In this document: one piece after another, positions 9,390 through 18,077 of the stretch
Position numbering within the stretch: position 1 is the stretch's first letter
Layout of the letters: every line of letters starts with the position of its first letter
DNA from: Bdellovibrionales bacterium
GTDB lineage: Bacteria; Bdellovibrionota; Bdellovibrionia; Bdellovibrionales; UBA1609
DNA length: 64,000 bases
NCBI GenBank assembly: GCA_041690295.1
Contig: JAWLHR010000008.1
Location: forward strand, 32,001-96,000
Direction: 5' to 3'
Position numbers and translations under genes: made by a program
Notes under the pieces: generated by a model
Databases searched by the model: none
Told to the model about the DNA's origin: nothing
The model's input: only the letters and a program-made list of their open reading frames with translations

Positions 9390-10813
9390 TTGTGAAGCGG
9401 GCGCTAATCCTCATTTTGATCGCTCTTCACGCTCTCTTGGCCAACGCCAAGATGGATTTCCCTCCGGTGTTCGAATCCGAGATGGAGGTCCGTAACTACG
9501 CTTTTAAGATCGCCAGCCTTCTTCCGGAAACAAAAATTCCCCGACAATACAGCGCCGATGTTTTGTCGGTCGTCAAATGGGAACAAATGTTGTTGAAGGT
9601 TTTATTGGACGATCCGAGTTGGGTGGCCGCCACGAAAAAGCGCGAAGCCCTTCAATTGTTTCGTGTGCGTTACATTGTCAAACACCAGGTGAAAGAGCTG
9701 GAGCCGAACACCCGTTGGAAGGAACTCCTCGACCAGGCTCCGGATCTGGACGCCACCGCCGCTTATAAGGAATTTGAACAGCTTGTTCGGAGTTGGCGAG
9801 AAGTCAACTCTCAGCGATTTTTTTCGGGCTGGGCGTCGCTCTTTCCCTCGGAGGTTAGGGATATCTTGCGTGAACCGGATTTAAATCTCCGATGGCGGAA
9901 TCTGAAATCGTTTTTGAAGACGGCTTCTCCTCTTATTATCTCGCGATTTAAAGCGGAAATTTTCGGTGCTTCTCAGCGGGATTGGACCTTGGATGATCTG
10001 GATGACGTGGTGAAAAAACTGAATGACGTTGAAACTCGGATTCTACTTCTCTTGTATCAGCTGAATCATGGCCAAACATTTGAAAAACGGTTTTCGCTAC
10101 CCGATAGCTACTCGTATTTGAGTAAACACATGAACTCTCTTGTCTCACGCGCGCTGAGACTCTATTCAGAGGTCGCCAAAGTGACCGAGGAGCAAGAGCT
10201 TGTCTATGATTTCGTCTTGCGCGAGGTTCCTCCCACGCTGGCCATTCACCGGGGCGCGGTGGGCAAGGATTGCTCGAGTCTTTATTCGTTCGCTTTCCCG
10301 TACAGTCCTTTTGAGCGCGTCTGGTGGGTGGAGTCACCCGAGGGGCAACGCTATGGTTATGTCTCGGGTAACATAACTCTTGTGAATGGAACACCCAATC
10401 TCTACATCAGTGATGTCCAAGTGCCAAGTCTTCCGGGCGGGCAAGCCATAGAGTTCATTCTCAAAGCGTTTTATATGATAAAGTCCCATTACGGCGCGAC
10501 TCAAATGACCATTATGCATGAGGACTTCACCTATCAAAATCACATCCCGTTTCATCGCAAGTTCCTCGTGGAAGCCAAAGGCGCCCACAGAACCTATGTC
10601 CGTCAGTCCTATCAGGATAGCGGTTGGCGGGGGGGTGTTCTCAAGGAGTTCAGCCAGAAAGCGGCTCAACGGTTCGATGTGAACTATGACAGTGCCGAAC
10701 GCCACGAACTCGTGCGTCAGGTGTTTTATCCGGGAAGCGAACTCGAGGGACTGGAAGTCGAACGAAAAATTCTAGATTCCCAGTCTTGCGAGAATCTTCT
10801 AGCGGCCAGCTAG
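9386..10813 (+). CDS. Exported protein, RGxVGxDCS family paralogue 4 (tandem duplicate of 6972..9389), C-terminal CENLL tag
   Basis: GTGA overlap with the upstream gene; signal peptide ending ANA-KMD; EVPPTLAIHRGAVGKDCSS; ends SCENLLAAS. Confidence 0.85.
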   Translation: MIVKRALILILIALHALLANAKMDFPPVFESEMEVRNYAFKIASLLPETKIPRQYSADVLSVVKWEQMLLKVLLDDPSWVAATKKREALQLFRVRYIVKHQVKELEPNTRWKELLDQAPDLDATAAYKEFEQLVRSWREVNSQRFFSGWASLFPSEVRDILREPDLNLRWRNLKSFLKTASPLIISRFKAEIFGASQRDWTLDDLDDVVKKLNDVETRILLLLYQLNHGQTFEKRFSLPDSYSYLSKHMNSLVSRALRLYSEVAKVTEEQELVYDFVLREVPPTLAIHRGAVGKDCSSLYSFAFPYSPFERVWWVESPEGQRYGYVSGNITLVNGTPNLYISDVQVPSLPGGQAIEFILKAFYMIKSHYGATQMTIMHEDFTYQNHIPFHRKFLVEAKGAHRTYVRQSYQDSGWRGGVLKEFSQKAAQRFDVNYDSAERHELVRQVFYPGSELEGLEVERKILDSQSCENLLAAS

Positions 10814-11931
10814 GGCAATAGAGCGAATTCACAGGCGCGTTTCTTCTCCAGATCAGCGAAGCGCTTGCTTTTTTCATATTTCTCGACTTCTCCGTCGGTG
10901 ATCCATTTCGGCCAGAGATAATCGCGATGATCTTCCCATTTCTCGCCGGCCTCACTCAAATAACGATGGAACGATTCCAGGGCTTTTTGCGGATTCACCG
11001 GTGGTACGAGTAAGGCGTCGTTCGGGTCCGATATAGGTAAAACGGGGGTTTCGAGCTTCAGGGGAATTGGTTCGTTTAAACGGGAAAGGTAGTTGAGGCG
11101 GGCTTGGAGCAAGCGAATCTGCGCGAGCCAGGTGTAAATGGATTGTTGCGGGCGAACACCTCTAAGTTCAAGACGTCCGCGCGGAAGCGAATCAGCATTT
11201 AAGAAATTGATCGCCACCCACCGAGTTCGAGAAATGTAGTATTTCCCCCACATGTGGAGATAAGGATCATGCATTTCCCAGAAGGCTTTCTTGATATCTT
11301 TGAGAAAGCGGAATGTCCCGGCCGCGACAGGTGCGTAGGCGCCCGCATCGAAGTCTTCGATCACCTTTATGAATTTAATTTTATGGCTTTCGGGAAACAA
11401 AGGGTAAGGGAGCGCGTTGTGAGTGTCATAGTTGAAAATGCCCATGAAAAGTTCGTTATGATTGTGAAGATCGACAATGAAGTTGCGAAGGAGAAGGGGA
11501 TGCTCCATCAAGTCATGGATATCGATGTTGATGTGTCCGCCGCCCAAGAATAGGGCGGGATAACTTTGTTCGTTCCGCGCGGAAACAAATATCGCATCTT
11601 CGATATCGGCGGCGAAACGGGTGAAGTCGTAAACAGTCATCGGCTTCATCTTGATTTCGACCACACTCAAATCGACGGACAGCTCGTATTCCCATCCGTT
11701 CGGTGAGATAAAGACGCGCTTACCGATGGTCCTGAACCTAGCTCCCGGTAACTGGCCATAAACCAGGTGATCCCTCATTCGATGAAAGAACCGCTCAAGA
11801 TAATCATGCTGTCCTTCGGGCGGCGTTTGAAAGGTGAACTCCGGCCCGAACAGAAGTTGGACCTCTGGTGGCTTGGCATGGACGAATCCAGCCAAGAAAA
11901 TGAGAATTATAAAAATTGCATCCTTACCCAT
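10810..11931 (-). CDS. Exported putative amidoligase (glutamine synthetase/GCS-like COOH-NH2 ligase fold), C-terminal CEFAL tag
   Basis: Start re-assigned to ATG 11931 (signal peptide ending VHA). Motif order FGPEFTF, WEYELSVDLSVVEIK, GGGHINI, RWVAINF, RLELR resembles amidoligase families. Ends ACEFALLP. Confidence 0.65.
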   Translation of the reverse strand: MGKDAIFIILIFLAGFVHAKPPEVQLLFGPEFTFQTPPEGQHDYLERFFHRMRDHLVYGQLPGARFRTIGKRVFISPNGWEYELSVDLSVVEIKMKPMTVYDFTRFAADIEDAIFVSARNEQSYPALFLGGGHINIDIHDLMEHPLLLRNFIVDLHNHNELFMGIFNYDTHNALPYPLFPESHKIKFIKVIEDFDAGAYAPVAAGTFRFLKDIKKAFWEMHDPYLHMWGKYYISRTRWVAINFLNADSLPRGRLELRGVRPQQSIYTWLAQIRLLQARLNYLSRLNEPIPLKLETPVLPISDPNDALLVPPVNPQKALESFHRYLSEAGEKWEDHRDYLWPKWITDGEVEKYEKSKRFADLEKKRACEFALLP

Positions 11932-12040
11932 GGAAATAACGCGGATTACACCTAAATGACTCGAAGCTTCCGTGCAAGCAGGCCGAAAGTTTTTGCCAAA
12001 TTTTCTTGGAATTTTCTGACGCAATCTGCAATAAAGTGCC

Positions 12041-15000
12041 ATGCGAAAAATTTGGCTCGGCCTTCTCCTGTTTTGGTGGCTGCCCGCTTACGCGCACGAC
12101 ACCAACTGCGAACGAAATCTTTTAGCGGAGTTAGTGACCGCGAACTTCAAAGAACATTTGGTCGAAGTGCCTGATATCCGTGGCCAAGTCGTTAAATTGC
12201 TGGCCGACCAGGAAGTCTCCCGCCGGATGGAATTGGATGCCGACCTGACGGCCCGGCATGAGGCCCGGGAGATGTCCTTTCAAGTCAAAAACGGAATCAC
12301 CGGGCTTTACGATAAATTTGTCGCGGTTGAAGTGAATAGTTTTGTGGCTCCGATTCTCAAATCGGATTTTGATCGCATGGTCGCATCAACCGGACCCTTG
12401 ATGCGGCTGTACCGGCAACTTCTGCAGAAGATTTACTCCATCCCGAACGCCGGAATTGAAGATCTGGGATTCGGCGACCTTCCGCGCGAGGAGGCCGAGC
12501 TGGCGCTTCATACGATCCGTGACTCCATATATCTGGAGCCGGCGCTGATTCACCCCAACATGGCCGAATATCCCTTTTTGGCGGTGGCGGGCTTTGACGG
12601 CGCGGTCGTGGATCCCAAAAGGCCCGCCACGGAATTTTTTGAAACCAATCTCGGCACACCGAGCGGACTCAGCAATAACGTTCAACTCCTTCATGATCTG
12701 TTATGGCTCAACGAGCCCTTGAAAAAGCTGGTCGAGCCTTACCTGCCTAAAGACGACACGTTTCAGATTTTACGTAAAGCCATCGAAAGCAATGCCCGCG
12801 CCTGGACCGGAAAAGAGGGGCTGAGCGTTGTGATCTCGCCAGGGATTTATAACGGCGCCCATCCGGACGTGGCCTCCATCGCACGGGCTTCGGGCATGCC
12901 GCTGGTGAAAAGCAGCGACCTTTATGAGGACCGTGATGGATATATTCGGTTGAATACGGGAAAAGGAGAGGAGGACCCTCTTGTCACCGGTATTTATGGA
13001 CGAATGGAAGAATCCTTTTTTCTCCAGTCCAACGCCGATAAAATTCCACTGATCAGTCCGAATTTCCAAGACAATCAGGCTTTATCCGAGAGGCTGGGGG
13101 TCGACCTTCGCCCGGGCGCGATTTATGACTTCATCTATGACGACGGGGGCAAAATCGTCGGCGTTCACCGTGACGAAAACGGCGAACCCAAATTTTTGGA
13201 AGTCTGGGATACGATCAGCGAAGATCCTTCGCGGCCGGGTCATAGGGGGAGCTTCGCCAAAGCCATCATCAATCGCAAACTTTATTACAGCAATATCGGC
13301 GGTCGGGTGGTCGATGACAAACGCCTGTTTCGGATCCTGACCAGTTACCTGCTTCCGCAACTTCCGGATATGGCCCGGCCCATCCGGGGCCTGGCCCAGG
13401 ATCAATTCGATCTTTTCTACGCCAACCCATCGAGCTTCGTGGTGAAAGAGCCTGGCAACTCCGGCGGAGTGGGAATTTACTTTCCCCGCGCGATGAGCGA
13501 GAGCGCGGTGGCCGAATTGGTCGAGCGCGTCCGCGCCCGGCCGACGGAATTTGAAATTCAATATCTGAGTGCCATCGCCACTTTGCCGGCGGTGAGCCAA
13601 TCGAAAAGCGGCCGGGAAGTCCATAGTGAGGTCCCCATTGATTTGCGAATTTTCGTGATGATGGATGCGGACGGAAATGTCGACGCCGGACCTAATTCAA
13701 TTCTCTTACGAACCGGCGCGCGGGGCGGGTTGTACACCAACACTTCCCGCGGCGGCGGTTACGGGATCGGCTTGATCCTTGAAGACCAGCCGGGGGTCCG
13801 TGAGACGAAGCCTTTTCAATGGGCGAAAATGCAAGTTGGTCAGTGGCCGAAAAGCCGCGAAACAGAGCTGGCCACCGTGCTCGAACAGGGCACCGCTTTG
13901 ATCAAATGTCTCTTTTCTTTGCGCTTCAATCAGGATGATAAAAAATGGAACGAGTGCCGAAGCCAGGCACTCGACCTTTCCTTCGCTTACCGGCAGGTCA
14001 TGGACTTGATCAGTCCTTGGCATTTGCAAGTGATCGCGACGTTAAGGAACTTCGCCCATGGGCGGGACCGCAACCTGGTTCAAAGCACCGAACTGGCCCG
14101 GCGAATGATTCAATCCTTCCGCCGCATGCGGCAGTCGGAGGGCGCGCTCGCGAACGTGGCCGCTCCCTTTTTCGCGAAGCACGCCCGCGAGTTGGGCCGC
14201 TTGGACCCCGTTGATCTTCAACATTTAAGGCTTCCCACCAAAGCCAAACTTCGCCGATTGGATCCGCCGGAGGTGAGCTATCGCTATGCGCCGGAAGGCA
14301 AGCTTCGCTCGCGGAAAATCGAGTTCGCCGAGTACATTTGGGTCGACAATCCCGAAGTGCAGGAAGTGATCGACGAGGTGAAGGCGTTCGGCGGCCAGGT
14401 GAGATTGCTCATTCGCGAAGTGGCGATCGAGAATCCGGAAGGCGTCGATAAGTGGTTCGGTCGCGAGTCCGCTTATTTCTGGGTGAATCTCAATCCCAAG
14501 TCCCCGTCCTATCTAATGCCCGTGATCGGCATTGATCTGGCCCGGGAGATGTCACTGGCGGCCCTTCATCATGAGCGGGAACATTTCCGGATGTTGCGCG
14601 AACTTTATGCCAATTACCGGCGGCGCGGCTTCGGTCATGAAAAAGCCATGCTCCGAGCCTATGCCGAAACCGAGACGGAAGAGAAAATCGTCGAAGCCGA
14701 ACGGCGTGCGGTGAAGGCTGAGATCAATGCCGAAGTCGAGTATGCCGACCATCCCTATAACCGGTTTTTCGGTAAATCCTGGGAAGCGAATCATTTTTAT
14801 GAAATCGGATTTGTGAACCGGATGACCTATCCGGAGTTTGAAGGCCTGCGCCGGCATTTGCGCCAGGTGAAGTGGGACCGGGTGCCGGTGAAAGAGGATT
14901 TCATCCGTAAAACCTTCTCCGCCGCGATTGATTTCGCGCTAAAGACCCGGGACCAGGCCTTTCTCCACTTTATGGAAAAAGATGATTTAGCCTCCATCCG

Positions 15001-15160
15001 GCTGTGGCGTGAATCCAATGTGTTCCTGATGCTCACCCAGCCCTATGGGCATGAGCGGCTGGAATTAGATGGCATTCGCGATGATTTTAAACTCTGGCTG
15101 TCCAAGGTCTGCGCCGAAATGGGCGTGAGTGCCGAAGATTGCGGAGTTCCGGTCCACTAA
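12041..15160 (+). CDS. Exported circularly permuted ATP-grasp protein with C-terminal HExxH region, N-terminal CERNL tag
   Basis: Signal peptide ending AYA. Motifs FFETNLGTPSGLS, VVDDK, VVKEPGNSGGVGI, IDLRIF, NTSRGGG are typical of CP-ATP-grasp type 2. HHEREH followed by EAERRA near the C-terminus. Confidence 0.8.
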   Translation: MRKIWLGLLLFWWLPAYAHDTNCERNLLAELVTANFKEHLVEVPDIRGQVVKLLADQEVSRRMELDADLTARHEAREMSFQVKNGITGLYDKFVAVEVNSFVAPILKSDFDRMVASTGPLMRLYRQLLQKIYSIPNAGIEDLGFGDLPREEAELALHTIRDSIYLEPALIHPNMAEYPFLAVAGFDGAVVDPKRPATEFFETNLGTPSGLSNNVQLLHDLLWLNEPLKKLVEPYLPKDDTFQILRKAIESNARAWTGKEGLSVVISPGIYNGAHPDVASIARASGMPLVKSSDLYEDRDGYIRLNTGKGEEDPLVTGIYGRMEESFFLQSNADKIPLISPNFQDNQALSERLGVDLRPGAIYDFIYDDGGKIVGVHRDENGEPKFLEVWDTISEDPSRPGHRGSFAKAIINRKLYYSNIGGRVVDDKRLFRILTSYLLPQLPDMARPIRGLAQDQFDLFYANPSSFVVKEPGNSGGVGIYFPRAMSESAVAELVERVRARPTEFEIQYLSAIATLPAVSQSKSGREVHSEVPIDLRIFVMMDADGNVDAGPNSILLRTGARGGLYTNTSRGGGYGIGLILEDQPGVRETKPFQWAKMQVGQWPKSRETELATVLEQGTALIKCLFSLRFNQDDKKWNECRSQALDLSFAYRQVMDLISPWHLQVIATLRNFAHGRDRNLVQSTELARRMIQSFRRMRQSEGALANVAAPFFAKHARELGRLDPVDLQHLRLPTKAKLRRLDPPEVSYRYAPEGKLRSRKIEFAEYIWVDNPEVQEVIDEVKAFGGQVRLLIREVAIENPEGVDKWFGRESAYFWVNLNPKSPSYLMPVIGIDLAREMSLAALHHEREHFRMLRELYANYRRRGFGHEKAMLRAYAETETEEKIVEAERRAVKAEINAEVEYADHPYNRFFGKSWEANHFYEIGFVNRMTYPEFEGLRRHLRQVKWDRVPVKEDFIRKTFSAAIDFALKTRDQAFLHFMEKDDLASIRLWRESNVFLMLTQPYGHERLELDGIRDDFKLWLSKVCAEMGVSAEDCGVPVH

Positions 15161-15162
15161 GT

Positions 15163-15705
15163 TCACAGAATCAATTTTCGCAGCTCTTCCTGGGTGTAGG
15201 CGTAATCCGCATAGACCATGGTGTTCGTGATGTTTCGATGACCAAGAGCCACTTGGACTAAACGAAGGTCCTTGGTCTTTTTGTAAAGCCTTATGGCGAA
15301 AGTGTGCCTTAGGGCGTGGAGTTTCTTATGGACGGGACGGTAAAGCTCCCAGACCTGGCGCAAACGATTGTACGAGATGGGAAAGAGTAACTGATTTTGA
15401 GCATTGGGGATTTCGCTGACCAACCGGCGGAACAGCCAGCTGGGGACGGGGAGCTCCCGATCGTTGCTGCCCTTAAGACCATGGATGAACACCGACTCAT
15501 CGAACGTATTTAGATCATCGATGCGAAGATTGAGGACCTCTTGGGCTCGGGCGCCGGTGTGCAAGAGCAGCCAAAGAAGGGTGCAGTTGCGTGGATCCTT
15601 GGCCTTGAATGAGTTGAGGATGTGAACCAGCCGATCGTATTCGGGATCCAAGAGGTACTTATTCTTGTTTAATGCGTATCGAACTTTAGTCCGAAACTGT
15701 GCCAC
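15163..15705 (-). CDS. Tyrosine recombinase, catalytic domain only (180 aa)
   Basis: Catalytic set present: HTGARAQE (R), GLKG (K), HALRH, LGH, TMVY. No N-terminal core-binding domain. Confidence 0.9.
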   Translation of the reverse strand: MAQFRTKVRYALNKNKYLLDPEYDRLVHILNSFKAKDPRNCTLLWLLLHTGARAQEVLNLRIDDLNTFDESVFIHGLKGSNDRELPVPSWLFRRLVSEIPNAQNQLLFPISYNRLRQVWELYRPVHKKLHALRHTFAIRLYKKTKDLRLVQVALGHRNITNTMVYADYAYTQEELRKLIL

Positions 15706-15964
15706 ATCGTTCCAATCTGGCGAGCGAAATTTTTATATATAAATTCAGTTTAGACGCGAAAAGTAAATTCGAATTCTGCTCACTCACCGTTGCTTATAGC
15801 TCAATTTTCGAGAGTGAAATCAGGTAATGTCAACAACTTAGTACTGTGACTTATAGTTATAATACGAAGTCGATTTTGAATTTGCGCATACCGCGTATAG
15901 GGTTTGGATTTGGGTTCATTGATACATAATTACCAAGCTACCAGCTGGACCCTCTAAAAATTTA

Positions 15965-15989
15965 TTTTACATCGAGTAAGGATGTAAAA
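15965..15989. promoter_or_regulatory. Perfect 9-bp inverted repeat with 7-bp spacer (operator or recombination site)
   Basis: TTTTACATC-gagtaag-GATGTAAAA in the AT-rich gap between the recombinase and HTH genes. Confidence 0.5.
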
Positions 15990-16035
15990 CACAATTAAAT
16001 AACGTGAAATACAACATTGAGATGGGCAGGACGGA

Positions 16036-16515
16036 ATGGACTTTGAATTAGAGAATCATCAGTTCCAGGAACCCGAAAGGAAGACAGGTCGCCAAAAGAC
16101 CTCTTTGCGTTTGAAATATGAGGCAGAAGCGCGGGTGATTCGCGAGCGCTATGGAGGTCTCGAATCCATACGAAAAACCCTGGGTTTTTCGCAAAGAAAA
16201 ATGGGGCAATTATTGTTGGTCGATCCGTCGGCCTGGTCCCGTTGGGTTAAGGACGAATCCAAGGTGCCGCCCCATATTTATCGTTCGTTGGAATGGCTCT
16301 TACTGCTTCAAGATAAGAATCCTGACCTGGTTCGGGTGGTTTCCCAGGGCCTTTTAGGCCCGTCCGCGAACTCGAAGGAACTCAATGAAAAACTTCAGTT
16401 CATGGAGCACGAAATCGAGGCTCTGAAACGGCAGAAAATGGTGGAGATTTCCCGAGTGATGCTGGTCTTGATGGGTCTCTTCGTATTCGCCCTATTTTAC
16501 ATCTTAATAGGATAG
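16036..16515 (+). CDS. XRE-like helix-turn-helix protein with coiled coil and C-terminal membrane anchor
   Basis: IRKTLGFSQRKMGQLLLVDPSAWSRW HTH pattern; hydrophobic C-terminus. Confidence 0.75.
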   Translation: MDFELENHQFQEPERKTGRQKTSLRLKYEAEARVIRERYGGLESIRKTLGFSQRKMGQLLLVDPSAWSRWVKDESKVPPHIYRSLEWLLLLQDKNPDLVRVVSQGLLGPSANSKELNEKLQFMEHEIEALKRQKMVEISRVMLVLMGLFVFALFYILIG

Positions 16516-16594
16516 GTTTAGGCGCGTAAAACGGCATTCATGGCCGATAAATGCCGACTTAGCGACCGAACGTTCAGTAAAATCTAGCTTAATC

Positions 16595-16610
16595 TGGCAT
16601 TTCCCTTGCA
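16595..16610 (+). promoter_or_regulatory. Sigma54-type -24/-12 promoter
   Basis: TGGCATTTCCCTTGCA has the GG-N10-GC spacing; lies upstream of the PAS gene. Confidence 0.6.
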
Positions 16611-16631
16611 ATTCATTATATTTAATAAATA

Positions 16632-17420
16632 TTGTTCAAGGAAATGGATACGTTGATGAAAGCCACTGATTTAGTTTCGAAAAGCCGCCGACCCGATGGA
16701 TTTTCCCTGGGTTCCCGTTTTAAGTGGCTCAGTGAGCGCATTTCGGCGCTGGGCGAAAAGGAAGGTTTCAAGATCATTCCTTATCGGGACCCGAGCTTGC
16801 CGATTTTTTCGAAGAAAACCGAGCCAGAGCAGTGTGAGATCGTTCGCCAGCTGGAAACCTATCTTCAGATCTGCCAACTCACTCTGTCCAATGGGGGCAA
16901 TGTCTGCGATCCCACGGCGATCAGCTGGGCGGCCATCAAACACATGGGTTTTCGTCCTTGTTCGGATCTGTTTTCCTATATCCGGCAGGATGATGTGATT
17001 GAAATCCATGATCCGGTGGGCATTCAGATCTTCCGTAACTTCAATTTCTACCATTACTGCAGTTATTCCCTTGAGGAACTCTACTCAAGTCCGTGGAGCC
17101 AGCTGTACACACGTAATGAGGAGGTTTTCCGCGGTCTCATGATGATCGCCACCCGGGTCTATAACGGCGAAATTAAATCCACCATCGCCACCGGGTTGCC
17201 GAAACACATCATCGAAGAGCTTTATTCCCCCTTCAAATACAAGATTTCGGCCGAAGTGAAATACGTTTCGCCTCTCTTTGATCATCACAGTCGCCCCGTG
17301 TCCACGGTGGCCATCGAAAAGGGTGAGCTGGCCGGAGGCGAGCTTTCTTCCGGCGAGGAAGAAAGCCGCTTTAAGAAATATCTTGAAGATCTGAATATCT
17401 CGGGTCTGGATCTGAACTAA
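16632..17420 (+). CDS. Stand-alone PAS-domain protein (start may be ATG 16644 or 16656)
   Basis: DVIEIHDPVGIQIFRNFNF...CSYSLEELYSSPWSQL and VSPLFDHHSRPVSTVAI follow the PAS/PAC pattern; no output domain seen. Confidence 0.65.
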   Translation: MFKEMDTLMKATDLVSKSRRPDGFSLGSRFKWLSERISALGEKEGFKIIPYRDPSLPIFSKKTEPEQCEIVRQLETYLQICQLTLSNGGNVCDPTAISWAAIKHMGFRPCSDLFSYIRQDDVIEIHDPVGIQIFRNFNFYHYCSYSLEELYSSPWSQLYTRNEEVFRGLMMIATRVYNGEIKSTIATGLPKHIIEELYSPFKYKISAEVKYVSPLFDHHSRPVSTVAIEKGELAGGELSSGEEESRFKKYLEDLNISGLDLN

Positions 17421-18067
17421 GCCGCCATTTTTTCGCTATCCCTGAAGGCATTGGCATATTCTTGGCTTTTGATCAGCATTTCACGATAAATATCGCTTGA
17501 AAGAAGCATGTTCTCGCGCGCGAGTTCAGCTTCCTCGGGGGTCAGCTTATCAATGACTTTATAAGCTTCCTCAAGGTGGCCGACATCCGCGTCACTGTGG
17601 AGCTTCAGAAATTTCGCCGTTTGCGGGCCATGGGCTTTAACCACGCGCTGATAAATTTCCGGTCCGAATTTCTCGGCCAACGCTTCAAGCGCCAGCGTGT
17701 AACCAAAGAAAGACGCCGCTCCCCGGTGCTGAACCCAGTAATACTGCACCTGATACATGGTGGCCGAAGGGGTCAAGCAGGGGAGATCTTTGATGTTGAA
17801 TCCCAAGAGTTTTAAATCCGAGATGGCGATCAACTGGTGACCGCGTTCTTCCTTGGAGTGGTCCACGAAGCGGTCATGAAGGAGTGAGCGATCGAGCGGG
17901 GCATGGGCGCCCGCGAGCGCCACCAAGCGGGTGGAGTGGTTCACCATGTAATAGGTCTGGCTGAGCCACATGGCGTAGCCCAGTTTTTCCTCCCACGGGT
18001 AATTCAAAATGACGGGAGCGGTTTTTTCCATTTGTTCATTGGTTAGCTGGCGAAAATCGATTTTCAT
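17417..18067 (-). CDS. Heme-oxygenase-like diiron enzyme (iron-containing redox enzyme / CADD-like)
   Basis: Candidate metal ligands HSKEERGH, LEALA, FLKLHSDADVGH; AGGAGG RBS overlapping the upstream stop. Confidence 0.75.
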   Translation of the reverse strand: MKIDFRQLTNEQMEKTAPVILNYPWEEKLGYAMWLSQTYYMVNHSTRLVALAGAHAPLDRSLLHDRFVDHSKEERGHQLIAISDLKLLGFNIKDLPCLTPSATMYQVQYYWVQHRGAASFFGYTLALEALAEKFGPEIYQRVVKAHGPQTAKFLKLHSDADVGHLEEAYKVIDKLTPEEAELARENMLLSSDIYREMLIKSQEYANAFRDSEKMAA

Positions 18068-18077
18068 TGCTTCCTCC

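Noticed and set aside
12026..12042. TGGCACTTTATTGC as a sigma54 promoter for the amidoligase
   Set aside because: GG-to-GC spacing is one base short, and sigma54 spacing is strict.
16532..16556. GCCGATAA as a sigma28 -10, inside a CGGCATT/AATGCCG inverted repeat
   Set aside because: No -35 at the spacing seen in the other three promoters; the hairpin has no U-tract.
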